Assembly (NCBI RefSeq): GCF_006345805.1
Contig: NC_043000.1
Span: forward strand, 49,042,001 to 49,106,000
Direction: 5' to 3'
DNA from: Octopus sinensis
Taxonomy: Eukaryota
DNA length: 64,000 nt
Below the pieces are notes generated by a model. It had not been told where the DNA came from. It saw nothing but the letters and a program-made list of their open reading frames with translations, and made no database searches. Within the stretch, counting starts at the first letter, position 1; each line of letters starts with the position of its first letter. Below, piece by piece: positions 1 through 12,111 of the stretch. A program made the translations under genes and the position numbers.

Positions 1-29
1 TACCCATGGCCCCCTGTATCCTTGTATAA

Positions 30-90
<61 letters not shown>

Positions 91-1107
91 CATATATACA
101 CACATATGCCGGTAAATATAGAGATATGTATTTATATGTGGTGTGCCTATGTGTGTAAATATAACTAAACGTCAGCATATAATATAATATAATATATAAT
201 TGAAAAGCTGTGTCTTTTCACGTTTACATATTGCTGCAAATGTACCATGCGTGTGTTTCAGTACTGTATTCTATTGTGTATATACAGATTCGTCATATTG
301 CTTTCTCAACATAAAAATCAATAATATAACTAAAAGTTTTCGAAGGAAATTAAGTCTGAGAGGAAAATCATGATACTGTGTCAAATGGCTGTTTGTTACA
401 TTCATTTCTGGTAACTAATATAAATAGAATTCGTAATTATTCTAGCTTAACTGCTCAAAGCGTTAAATTACCCTCCATTGTTACGTGTATAGCGTAATTC
501 ATGTGGTTTTTCTTTACTCAATATATAGATGAGAATGTGTGATTCGGTTATAGTAGTATGTCTGACTAAGTGTTCTTTGCATTCCTTTACGTTGTGAGTT
601 CAAATTTTACCAGTTTTATCTTTGCCTTTCGAAGCCAATGAAACGAGTACCAATCAATTATCAGAGTGAAATTAATAATACTGGTAATTAACGTGTGTTG
701 CCTTCGATTAATTTGGAATTTATGATGCTGTGTGAAAGTAGTTTAAAAAGGAAATATTCAGGGTAACATTCTGTATGTCTGTTCGAACCCTAACTTCGAA
801 ATTCCACTTGAACATCTTTTCGTTTTATTTGTTGTTGAAAGATAGTGAAAGATCAAATACATTCTTGTCCAAAATTGGTGGTCTTAGAAATTTACGTTTG
901 CTGAAATAATTGCAACAAATAATCATTATTAATATTGCTATTAATAATGTGTGTCTGACAGAATCAATTTTGCTTTTCATCCTTTGAGGATCAATAAAAT
1001 AAGGTACTAGTGTCGACGTTGTCGACGAATCCCCGACCCTATATTCCTGTTCTTGTGTATACATTAGAAATACCACCACTACTACTACTATCATTACAGT
1101 TGTTAAG

Positions 1108-1292
1108 CAGTGTGGTGGCAGAATCTTTAGTACGCCGAACAAAATGTTTAGAGGCATTTCTTCTAGCTTTACATTCTGCTTTCAAATTACGCCGAGGTCA
1201 ACATTGCCGTCCGTCCTCTTGGTGTCCATAAAATAAGTAACAGACGAGCACTGGATCAATTTAGTTGACTAGCCGCCTCCCTCAAAATTTCA
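1108..1292 (+). mobile_element. tRNA-derived SINE, family A (degenerate copy)
   Basis: Shares TGGCAGAATC..TTAG, TTCAAATT.CGCCGAGGTC and ATAAAATAAGTA blocks with the copies at 1323, 26.6k, 28.4k, 28.6k, 39.9k, 46.65k and 49.1k. Confidence 0.75.
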
Positions 1293-1322
1293 AACGTTAT
1301 TCCTATAACAAAAAGAATTCTT

Positions 1323-1523
1323 AAGGAGACGAGCTGGCAAAATCGTTAGCATGCCGGGCGAAATGCTTAGCGTCATTTTATCCGTCCGAGTTCAAATTAC
1401 GCTGGGGTCAACATTGCCTTTCACCCGTTTGGGTTCGATAAAATAAATACTAGTTTGACACTGAGGTCCTCGTAATCCATTTATCCTCCACCAAAATTGT
1501 TGGCCTTATGTCAAAATCTGAAA
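1323..1523 (+). mobile_element. tRNA-derived SINE, family A
   Basis: AAGGAGACGAGCTGGCAAAATCGTTAGC head, B-box-like GAGTTCAAATT, GCCTTTCA..GTTCGATAAAATAAATAC body; tandem to the previous copy. Confidence 0.8.
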
Positions 1524-2223
1524 TTATTTTTATTATTACTGTTATACTTCTTCATTTGTGTGAATCTATCTTTTCAAAAGAATTATAACTTAGAGGGTGA
1601 TTAATTTTTCTCGAGATTCCTATATGGTTAAACCATTCTGAGTTTGTTTTACCGACAGAAGCTTTTCTGAATATTTGATGGTCTATTTATTATTATAGTG
1701 GAAGAATAGGTTGGTCTTAACATTTTCTCTGATTATGCGTATAACTTTCCACTGTAGCTACTTATATTGCTTATTTGCTATTTAAAATCTCAACAAATAC
1801 GATAGTATTGTATTCATTCATATTTTGTAATGCCTTTCACAAATTACTTGGAAACTGCGACCCAGTTTCGAATTGACGTACATTCAGGCAACGCCAACGA
1901 GATCGATAATTCCACAATATTGGAGATACTCTTTTCATTAAGAATACGATGTTATTGAGGCTTATGAAAAAAAGCACCTATCTAATAATAAAGTGCTAAT
2001 AGTTGGTTGTGTCCAGGAGGTTTAATCAGTGTATCGATGTGTAAGTGATATACAGTCATTTGTATAAAACTTGCTTATGTATAATTTTAAGTATATAAGT
2101 ATAAACGACTGAATTGTTTAGGTGTGCATTCGTGTGAAAAAATATATTAGCTATAGATGAACATGATGGCGAAGCTCCAGCAAAGTCATAGCCCGTAAAA
2201 GAAACACTCTCCCACTCTATACA

Positions 2224-2232
2224 TAGATAGAT

Positions 2233-2309
<77 letters not shown>

Positions 2310-2331
2310 GTAGGTAGATAAATAGATAGAT
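2224..2331. repeat. (GATA)n microsatellite
   Basis: Directly visible. Confidence 0.95.
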
Positions 2332-2515
2332 ACACATAAGCTTTTCCTATTATAAGTTTTAAATGCACGCCCATAATACTTGGTGTTTTCTAGCACAATA
2401 ACAGAAGAAATATTTGTCTTTTATTGTAACCAATGTGATGAATATACGTGGAAGACTACATACATATGTAGATATTTTATATACCAACTCACGAACTAGC
2501 GCACATGCATGTCAA

Positions 2516-2552
<37 letters not shown>

Positions 2553-2611
2553 ATATATTATATATATATATATGTACATAGATATAGATCGATACATATA
2601 TGTACACGTAC

Positions 2612-2656
<45 letters not shown>

Positions 2657-3149
2657 TGTGTGTGTAAATCAAATATATTCAAATACAAAACACAAAACTA
2701 CGCATACATATAATGTATGAATACAGACATACAGATATATATAGACAGAGAACAAAACAGGAGATACGGACATGAAATTCATATTAAATATGTACTTATT
2801 AACAATGATATTCTATATTAAGCATTCCATTGGTAGCATTTATTACTTTGGAATAAATATACAAGTTTCTTATGCATGGAACGAACCCTGTATTTTAGTT
2901 AGTCGGATATGGTTTTAGAAATCATTGATGATGTGTGAAAAAGCATTAGTAATGCAAATGTAACAAAATGGCTTTCACCGGAAATCTTATCTGGAACTCT
3001 GCATTCCGGAAGCTTACATTGTTATTCTATAGCACGTAGCGAGTAAATATTATATCATTTTAATATGGCTTCATATAGGGAAAATATTCTGCTGAATTTG
3101 AAATTATTGGGGCATTTGTGGTATAGGAAATTTGATAGAATCGTAATCA

Positions 3150-3236
<87 letters not shown>

Positions 3237-4505
3237 CTATATATATATGTATATATATATATATATAATCGAGTGTTAACGTTATATATAGGAAGTTATT
3301 TATAACGTTATATATATTGTATAATGATACTGAAGTTTTGGGGAATCTTTAAGCTTATGTTATTTTATATTGAATAATCTTAAATGTAATGATATTAGTT
3401 TATATTAAATTTTATTATAGAAAATATTCTAAATATTATATATCCCTCATATTATATTATCTACGCATTGAATTGTAAACATTAGTTTAAAGTGAATTAT
3501 TTCTCCAGAAAAATTAAATTTTTTTTATTTATATAGAAATGCATACAGATTAAAATTATTCTTGCATAAATGATATTTATTGTGCACATTCTTAAAAACA
3601 TACTTTGTAAATTACTTTTGAAAGATTATGTCCCTTCAATCCTTCCGTAAGTATAAATGCATATAAACATCACAAGATTGTTTGTCTAAAAATCCAAGTT
3701 TTCTGAATTTTAATTTTAATTTTAGAAATATTTTTAGCATGCAAATTAGTAATTATCAAAGTGACTTCCTTGTAATTAAATTTGTTTGGAAAACTGCTTA
3801 AGTCAGCATTTATTTCCTTTCTACAATAATATTGTTATTATGATATTATTTTTTAGAAAGTTTCTTTTATATATAAACTACATAATTTTTAATTATTCAT
3901 CTTCTATTTTTAGTAATGATTATTATAAATAATTAATTCAATATAATTCATAATATTTGACTAGAGGTGATATAATATTTCAAATATATCATTTTGCTAT
4001 TTACTAATAGATAAATACCGTATTATTATTATATGTATTTTCATAATATGAAAGAATGAAAAGGATATTTCTTATTTAGCCATGGTCTTTTTAAATAGTC
4101 ATTAAAAATTTGTTCCTGGTATTTTAAACAACATATATGCTAAGATATATTTAGATTAGAATACTTAATAAATTACAAATATATTTTAAGGCCGTTATAT
4201 TAGTTTATTCTTTATTTTTATCTTCTTTTTTCGTTTTTTTTATTAATAACGCTCACGCTTGTAAACATATGTGTTTAAATTCAGTATTCTTGGATCTGCG
4301 AATCGTGGTATATATAAAAATTACCCTGAGAAGAATAAAAAAACAATGAATTATCATAATTTTCTTATTGCGAAGAACTGAAACATCTATATTTAAAATT
4401 TATTACTTATTATATTCTATTATCATAAGAATATAATATAAAATACTATTGTGCTAATAAAATTTTTATTTTTATTTTTCAATTAAATTGTTATATATAT
4501 GCCAA

Positions 4506-4540
<35 letters not shown>

Positions 4541-4846
4541 GTTCTATTCATTTTTATAAATTTAATATACACCCATGTAATTTGTAAGGCATTCTCTGCA
4601 TATTTGGGTATGTAAGTGTGGACCCAGTGGACGATTAGATACGTAGGTATCTATTTTCCTCGGTTTATTTAAAGAAAACTCCAAATGGACTGTCCTTGTT
4701 TTCTTTGTATCGTCTATATGGATTTTTTGTTGTCCCTTTTTTCTATCTCCTAACTGTCTGGATGTTTTGCGTTCTTGTCCCATTTTTGTATTTTTATATA
4801 CAGAAAAATGTAGCGACATATGTACACTTTAGTCTCCTATATGTAA

Positions 4847-4982
<136 letters not shown>

Positions 4983-5039
4983 AATTTTGTACGACACTAT
5001 TATTCTTTCTATTCTTTCATTCCTTCCTTCTGTCATCCC

Positions 5040-5450
5040 TTTCACACTTTCCTGGCCTTCTCTTCATGCTGACTTTCCCTCCTCTTTCACTTCACTGTGT
5101 CCCTTTCTTTTTTTCTCGCCCCTCCTTAATTCTTCTATCCCTCTGCCACTACCTCCCTCTCTTCTCTCTTCAAGTGACCGGTGTTCGGCCAAGCCTGACC
5201 TTACTTTCTTGGTTCGACTACTATCCGTGAAATATCTATATTCCTCCCTCTGCCTGTGAAATCTTATGTCCCTGCCGTAAGGCTTTACTTCCACACACGC
5301 CAGCTTAATTTAATTCATCCTTAGTCGAAAGACACCTATTGTTATGTCCTGTTATTTGCATTTGTATTTGTGTTATGTTCTCCGATTTTTACCGACCTTG
5401 TTTCCGTATACATTCACTGCTTTCTTCCAAGGAATCTAATGCTCTTTTCC
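5040..5450 (+). mobile_element. Unassigned interspersed repeat, related in reverse orientation to 40170-40420
   Basis: CCTTGTTTCCGTATACATTC..CTTTCTTCCAAGGAATCTAATGCTC (about 5397-5445) resembles the reverse complement of 40340-40400. Pyrimidine-rich body. Confidence 0.5.
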
Positions 5451-5489
5451 CAGTTTTATATTTTTTATATATAAATATATACATACATT

Positions 5490-5527
<38 letters not shown>

Positions 5528-5658
5528 CGTATGTACGTATGTATGTATAATTATACACACACACACATATATATATATGTGTGTGTGTGTGTGTATGTAT
5601 ATATATATACATATATACATGCATACATACATACATGCATACACACTTACATACACAC

Positions 5659-5821
5659 AAAGAAAACAAAATGGAGAAATATTGATGAACAACAAATGAC
5701 TTATACCAACTATTGTTTATTAATTCAATACAAATAGATTGCATTTGCATTGAATTAATACATAATAATTAATGCAAGTCAATTGTTGTTCATCAATATT
5801 TCTCCGTGTTCTGTTTTCTTT
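5659..5821. repeat. Fold-back (MITE-like) element, about 163 bp
   Basis: AAAGAAAACAAAATGGAGAAATATTGATGAACAACAAATGACTT (5659-5702) pairs with 5776-5821. An inner arm ATTAATTCAATACAAAT pairs with ATTTGCATTGAATTAAT. Confidence 0.8.
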
Positions 5822-6019
5822 AAAGTTTTCTTGATAAACTCATGCTTATCCTTGTATTTACCTATAATGTATGAACATAATATGCTTGCATGTGTTTGCC
5901 AATGGTTAATCATAGGCCACATACCGGTAGTATAATGGATACTTTTATCCCTTAGAAGTTATTTTAACCTCTAACTCAGCTAACCTACCTACAAACATAT
6001 ATATATATACATACACATG

Positions 6020-6061
<42 letters not shown>

Positions 6062-6062
<1 letters not shown>

Positions 6063-6210
6063 TAGGGAGTAAATCCCAACTTACAGGGAAAAATTAGATT
6101 TAGGATTAAATCTAAGTTTACAGTATAAATATATATATATTAAATTAGAGATAAAACCACTATTAGGCAAATCAAACAATGAAAAACATAAACCAGAACA
6201 TAGAAATAAT
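6062..6210 (+). mobile_element. Arm of a long-TIR fold-back family (same family as 41409-41790)
   Basis: TTAGGGAGTAAATCCCAACTTACAGGGAAAAATTAGATTTAGGATTAAATC..TTAAATTAGAGATAAAACCACTATTAGGCAAATCAAAC matches the reverse complement of 41641-41790. Confidence 0.85.
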
Positions 6211-6321
6211 TAATATAATATACAAAATATATAAGATATAAAAAATTTTAATTTAAATTATTTAAGTTTAAAGTTAAAATTAATTTTTTTTAAATTATTA
6301 ATTAATACTTATAAATTTATA

Positions 6322-6352
<31 letters not shown>

Positions 6353-6949
6353 AATATATTATATATTATATATATATATATATATATATTATATTTTTAA
6401 AAATTTTTATTATTATTTTTATTTTTTATTTTTTATATATAACTATCATAAAGTATTAAAAAGTTTAATATAAGATAAAAAGTATATATATATACAGAAT
6501 GTTAGGGACATAATTGACAGACAAGCAGAAAAGAAAAGTGTAGAGAATGTAGTGGAAATGAGAAAAAATGTCGTGCTTTTCCTCTGCATCAATCATATTA
6601 AGAGAGGCAGAGTATGAATGACAGGCAGTGGCCCTGAAGGAATGATGTTTCTATCCTCTGATACCAAAAGGGAAGTAGTTTTGTGCAACCTCTATATGTG
6701 GGAGTTGCTCGCTTGTATGCGACGTTATACTAATGAGGGCTAGGGTGTTTGGATGCATAAGTATGATATGCGTATGCTGTAGTAAGATTTGTGAGCAACT
6801 GAAGTCGTTATTACCCCGTTGTTTTCAGTGGTATCATGAATATGTGCAAAAGCTTATATGTGTATATAGATACACATGAATACTTACACACACACACGCA
6901 CAAACATATATATATATATAGTTATGTATGTGTATATATATACATGCAT

Positions 6950-7047
6950 ACATACCTTCCTATACACACATATTTATACATGAACATATAATCATATGAA
7001 TATATACATATACAGAGATATTTATATATAGCTGTAAATATTTATGG

Positions 7048-7089
<42 letters not shown>

Positions 7090-7153
7090 GTACAGTCATA
7101 TATAAAATATTATATATATATGTATGTATATATATATATATGTATGTACAGTC

Positions 7154-7188
<35 letters not shown>

Positions 7189-7397
7189 CAAGGATACATA
7201 CATTCCTATATACACATATTTATACATGAACATATAATCATATGAATATATACATATACATAGATATTTATATATAGCTGTAAATATTATGGTATATAAA
7301 TTATATATATATATAATATATATATATATGTACGTACATATCATATATAGAATATATTTCTATATATATGTATGTGTATATATATAGTATGTCAGTC

Positions 7398-7432
<35 letters not shown>

Positions 7433-7561
7433 CAAGGATACATACATTCCTATATACACATATTTATACATGAACATATAATCATATGATATATACATTA
7501 CATATATTTATATATAGCTGTAAATATTTATATATATATAATATATATTATATGTACAGTC

Positions 7562-7620
<59 letters not shown>
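6950..7620. repeat. Tandem repeat, about 245-bp unit x about 3
   Basis: CATACATTCCTATATACACATATTTATACATGAACATATAATCATATG..TATATAGCTGTAAATATT recurs at about 6951, 7197 and 7441, separated by (TA)n. Confidence 0.9.
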
Positions 7621-7651
<31 letters not shown>

Positions 7652-9155
7652 GTGTGTGTGTATGTAGAGGGAGAGAGAGAGAGAGTGAGACAGATAGACA
7701 GAGGCATATTCGTGATTTTTCATATGAAAACTTTTGTCTTATAGTTTTGTGCATTGATTGTATCGTATAGATGTAACATTAATATTCATGCCGAAAATAT
7801 TTGCTCATTTTAACTTTGATCGATTTGAAAGTTTTCTTCGTCATGCTTATCGTCTGTTTCCTATCATTGAACATTTATCTCGTCACGGTTTCAGTTGTTC
7901 TTATTTACATTTTGAATACCTGATATTCATGTATATGATCAATACGCATGCCTATGAGTAAACACCTGGAAACTATTAGGCACGAGAAAACTGAATAAGG
8001 AAATTCAATTATAAACAGTTCATCTATGATACATTTTAAAAGTATTCTCACGTCTTTCGAGGACGATTCGTTTTAACTAGGTCTCAGGTTAAATATCAAC
8101 CTCAATTACTTCAACGCCATTTTTTATGAATGAACATACAACTTGTATGTTCATGATAATCATTTCTCAGGCTTTCGCTGGAAACCATATGACTGCCTTT
8201 GCTTCAGTTATGACTCACTTTCACATGATAAAAACAGCATTACGACAAAGGAAAATATAGTAATTTCACTTGTAATGGTTATATGATTCTCTGCAAGCGA
8301 AAAACTTAAAGCACTTTCATAAAGAACAACACCGATGTCATTCACTTTCTTTTCTGGAGTGAGAAATAGTTATTTTGTTTTTCCAATTGATATTATTTTT
8401 TTACTTGATACTTTCGTATTATATGCTACATAGACAATTTACACACATAACATATGTCTAGATCCAAAATTTTTATACGCTTGTGGCTAAGAATGCATTG
8501 CAATATTTTTAATGCATAAAGAATTATAAACGTTCCCATACTTGTAATTTAAGTATGGTTTCCATTTTCCGGTAGTCATGGTACCTAGTGATTCCAAATG
8601 TTCTTCTCAAAGTTTTTAGCATTTGAAAGTATACGTATGTCCCGCAGCAGGACCGAATTCTTATATTAATATACACATATATATTTCATCAGTATAGATG
8701 GATTAATTTGATACTCAAGTAAATATCTTCTATCTATACCATTGCACTCTATCATACTCTTTTATAGTCACCTAAAAGTGAATCCATCAAACTTGTTCCC
8801 AAGGCTGACAGAAGCTTACAGAATTAGATATATGCAAAGACGCACCCTGTGTCTAGATATACTGGTGCGTGTTTGCGTAAATATTTTGAGTATATGTACG
8901 GATGAATGTGCGTATATGTTTGAATGAATACACTATAGGTATAAGTATATAGATACCTCAAAATAAATGTGAGTGTGTGTGCGTGCGTGTGTGGGAGTAC
9001 AGACTTTGTTTATATAGCTCAAGACTCGGCTGTTAACTTTGAACTTAATGGGGGAGCAACTATAGAACTTACACACTGAACCTATTTGTTTAAATCACCA
9101 GTGAACTAAACCTCTCATATTCTTTATAAATAAAAATATGTACATGTATATATGC

Positions 9156-9191
<36 letters not shown>

Positions 9192-9274
9192 AAAGCTGTA
9201 TCTAGCTCAAAATATATATGTATATATATATATATATATATAAATGCACACATAAACACACACATATATATTTA

Positions 9275-9410
9275 CTAGCAGTATAACCCGGCCTTGCCCG
9301 GGATTAAATTACGATTGTTAAGCTAATCAAGTTCTTTATTTCAAACCAAACTAATTAATATCGACGTCAAATTTGGGCAAAATCCGTTGAAATTGGTTAT
9401 ATTATATATA
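9275..9410 (-). mobile_element. Helitron-type 3' terminus of a non-autonomous element; 5' end not located
   Basis: The minus strand reads CCCGG-GCAAGG-CCGGG hairpin, 8-nt spacer, CTAG, then T (CTAG at 9275-9278). This is the canonical Helitron 3' end layout. Confidence 0.65.
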
Positions 9411-9490
9411 TATGATATATATTATATATATATGATATATATTATATATATATGATATATATTATATATATATGATATATATTATATATA
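9401..9490. repeat. 20-bp minisatellite (ATTATATATATATGATATAT)x4
   Basis: Directly visible. Confidence 0.85.
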
Positions 9491-10106
9491 TATAATATAC
9501 TATAAATATATATATGGGCAACAGACACGAACACACATGTACGTACGTACACCTATTGCATGTTTTGTGCTTGTTCAAAAACAGAAATGAATGGGAAAAT
9601 GTTGTTAAGTTTGTAGATTAACACTCGCACGATTTCCACTAAGAAAAATAATCGTTTGTTTTTTTTGCGTGGAATCAACTACTCTGGTCTCCTAATATGC
9701 TACAAAACCCTTTTTGTGCTCCGTGAAACGGAGTGGGTGTGGTGGAAGCCTCAGAAATTGTACCCATTTATATTGTGCAACTCACTGACAAATTGCTACT
9801 CACCTCTTTGTTTCTTTGTTGTTAAATAAATGGATAGTCAACAAAACACTTTTTACTCCGTGTAAAATAAAAACAAAACTCTTTCGCACCCAAAGTAATG
9901 TGTGTGAGAGAGGGGGGAAACATGAACGATTTAAAATAAATAAATGATTTAAAATAAATATATTGTAATTGTTGTGTGAGAAAGTATATATACTATGATT
10001 ATAAAATATAGTGTCTTTCAAAAACATCCTGAATTTCAACACTATATCTCGTGTTTAAGAAAGACAAAACATTTTACATTTTATATTTTATGAACGTCGT
10101 CACTTA

Positions 10107-10139
<33 letters not shown>

Positions 10140-10449
10140 TCTCTCACTTTGTCTTTCCCGTGAAACTCTCTGCCTCTCTTCTTCCACTTTTCTTTATCTT
10201 GTTTTTTTTTTGTTAGACGCCGTCAAAAAGCTATGGCTGAAAATAGATTTTTACCGCTATCCGCGGGCGCCTCGGGAAAAAAATAAGTTGACAAAACCCA
10301 AATAGGATGTTGACAAATGTCCTCCTAAAATTTGAGCGACATGCGTGCTAATTTGTGGATGTGCATAAACTACAATCCCGTACACACACGCACAAACACA
10401 CACACATCTTGCCGTATATATATACAGATATATATAAATATATATGTAT

Positions 10450-10580
10450 TCCCAACCACATGGTTCTGGGTTCAGTATTATTGCATGACACCTTGGGCAA
10501 GTGTCTTCTGCTATAGACTCGGGCCGACCAAAGACTTGTGAGTATATCTGGTTGACGTAAACCGTAAAAAGCCTGTCTTA
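10450..10580 (+). mobile_element. tRNA-derived SINE, family D, 5' fragment
   Basis: GGGTTCAGT..CACCTTGGGCAAGTGTCTTCTGCTATAGACTCGGGCCGACCAAAGACTTGTGAGT matches 44.2k, 45.1k and the reverse copies at 34.4k and 58.1k. Confidence 0.85.
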
Positions 10581-10840
10581 TATATGTATATATATAATTA
10601 TAGTATATTCTGTTAAGAACATAGTAGAATACAGTATAAAGCTCGCTCGTCCACTTTCACATTTAAACTGTGCTTTCCAGTAGTAGTATTATATGTATTG
10701 CCAGGTTTGCGTTTGTGAATCTGTCGTGTGTGAATAGATGATTGAAAAAATTGGAGTCAACAAGAAAAGTACAGTTGGACATTTATGATTCTCCTTAGCT
10801 GGCCTTTAAGATTCAACACTCGGACAAATACACGCATATT

Positions 10841-11193
10841 TTTCAAAAAATTTTTCAAAACCTTTGAGGAAAATTTTCGAAAATTTTTCAAAAATTTTTG
10901 GGGAAAATTTTCTAGAAATTTTTCAAAAATTTTGGGGAAAATTTTCAAAAAATTTTTCAAAAATTTAAAAAGGATTTTCGCGAAAATTTTCGAAAAGTTT
11001 TTCAAAAATTTATGGGGTAAAGTTTCGAAAAATTTTTGGCGAAAATTTTCAAATAATTTTCAAAAAATTTTTCAAAAATTTTTCAAAAGTTTTTGGGAAA
11101 ATTTTCGACAAATTTTTCAAAACTTTTTGGGGAAAATTTTAAAAAAATTTTTCAAGAATTTTAGTGGAAATTTTCGAAAAATTTTTCAAAATT
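10841..11193. repeat. Degenerate A/T-tract satellite: 10-11-bp GAAAATTTTC-like subunits with a loose 31-33-bp higher-order unit
   Basis: Repeating GGGGAAAATTTTCGAAAAATTTTTCAAAAATTTTT-like motif. It explains the two F/K-rich ORFs at 10757-11210. Confidence 0.85.
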
Positions 11194-11869
11194 CAAGTTC
11201 AAGTCATTGATGCAATTTTGTACGAATTGCTAATACACACACACACATAATAAGGGTGAAAAATTGAATAAAGTAAAGTACTTTAAAAGATTGTTAGCAT
11301 AGTGTTCAAATACAAGTGGCATTTTCCTTGTTTCTGCCTGTCTCTGTCTTTCTTGTTTACTCTTGTGGGTTCGAGGTCCTTGTGAATTCTTGGCAGGGAA
11401 GGAGGAGGAGAAGAAGAAGAAGAAGAAGAAGAATGCGGGAGTGTCATGATAATAGTATATTAAAAGGTAAAGTGCCCTGAAAGTCACCCCTTGTGGATGG
11501 TGTTAGTGATTGAGTTCCAGGAACACATCTTTTGAATGTTTTGTTTATAAAATTAGCAAGGTGTTATGCTTACCACAGCGATAGTGGTAAATTTAGGAAG
11601 GAGGTGACGGAGACGAAGAAGAAGAAGAAGTAGAAGAAGAAAGATAAGGTTGAATAGGAAGGAATGTAGGTAGTATGATAGTAATAAGGTGTTAAATGGT
11701 CAAGTAACCTAAAAGTGTCTCGTTATGGATTATAGCAGTGATTGGGACTGTTTTTTAATGAATTCTTCGGAATCTCTTGAGTGTGTTATTTTTAATATTT
11801 TCGTGTGTGTTTGTGTTATTCTAAGACCGTGGTGGATATATCGTTCAAAAGGTGTCTGTATTTCGTAAT

Positions 11870-11971
11870 AAAGAGAGTCGCTTTACTAATTCGTTGCCTA
11901 GTGGTTGTATCGTCCCTGAATTCGGGAACGATACAACCAGTAGGCAACAAACTAGTAAAGAGACTCTCTTT
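11870..11971. repeat. Long hairpin: about 47-bp arms, 7-nt loop
   Basis: AAAGAGAGTCGCTTTACTAATTCGTTGCCTAGTGGTTGTATCGTCCC / TGAATTC / GGGAACGATACAACCAGTAGGCAACAAACTAGTAAAGAGACTCTCTTT, about 5 differences. Confidence 0.9.
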
Positions 11972-12001
11972 ACTCATATCAACTCGTGTGTTCCTTTTCA
12001 G

Positions 12002-12111
<110 letters not shown>

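Noticed and set aside
825-1231. 110-aa and 73-aa ORFs
   Set aside because: They overlap SINE fragments and a (CTA)n tract; no recognisable domain.
10757-11210. F/K-rich ORFs on both strands
   Set aside because: Artefact of the A/T-tract satellite.
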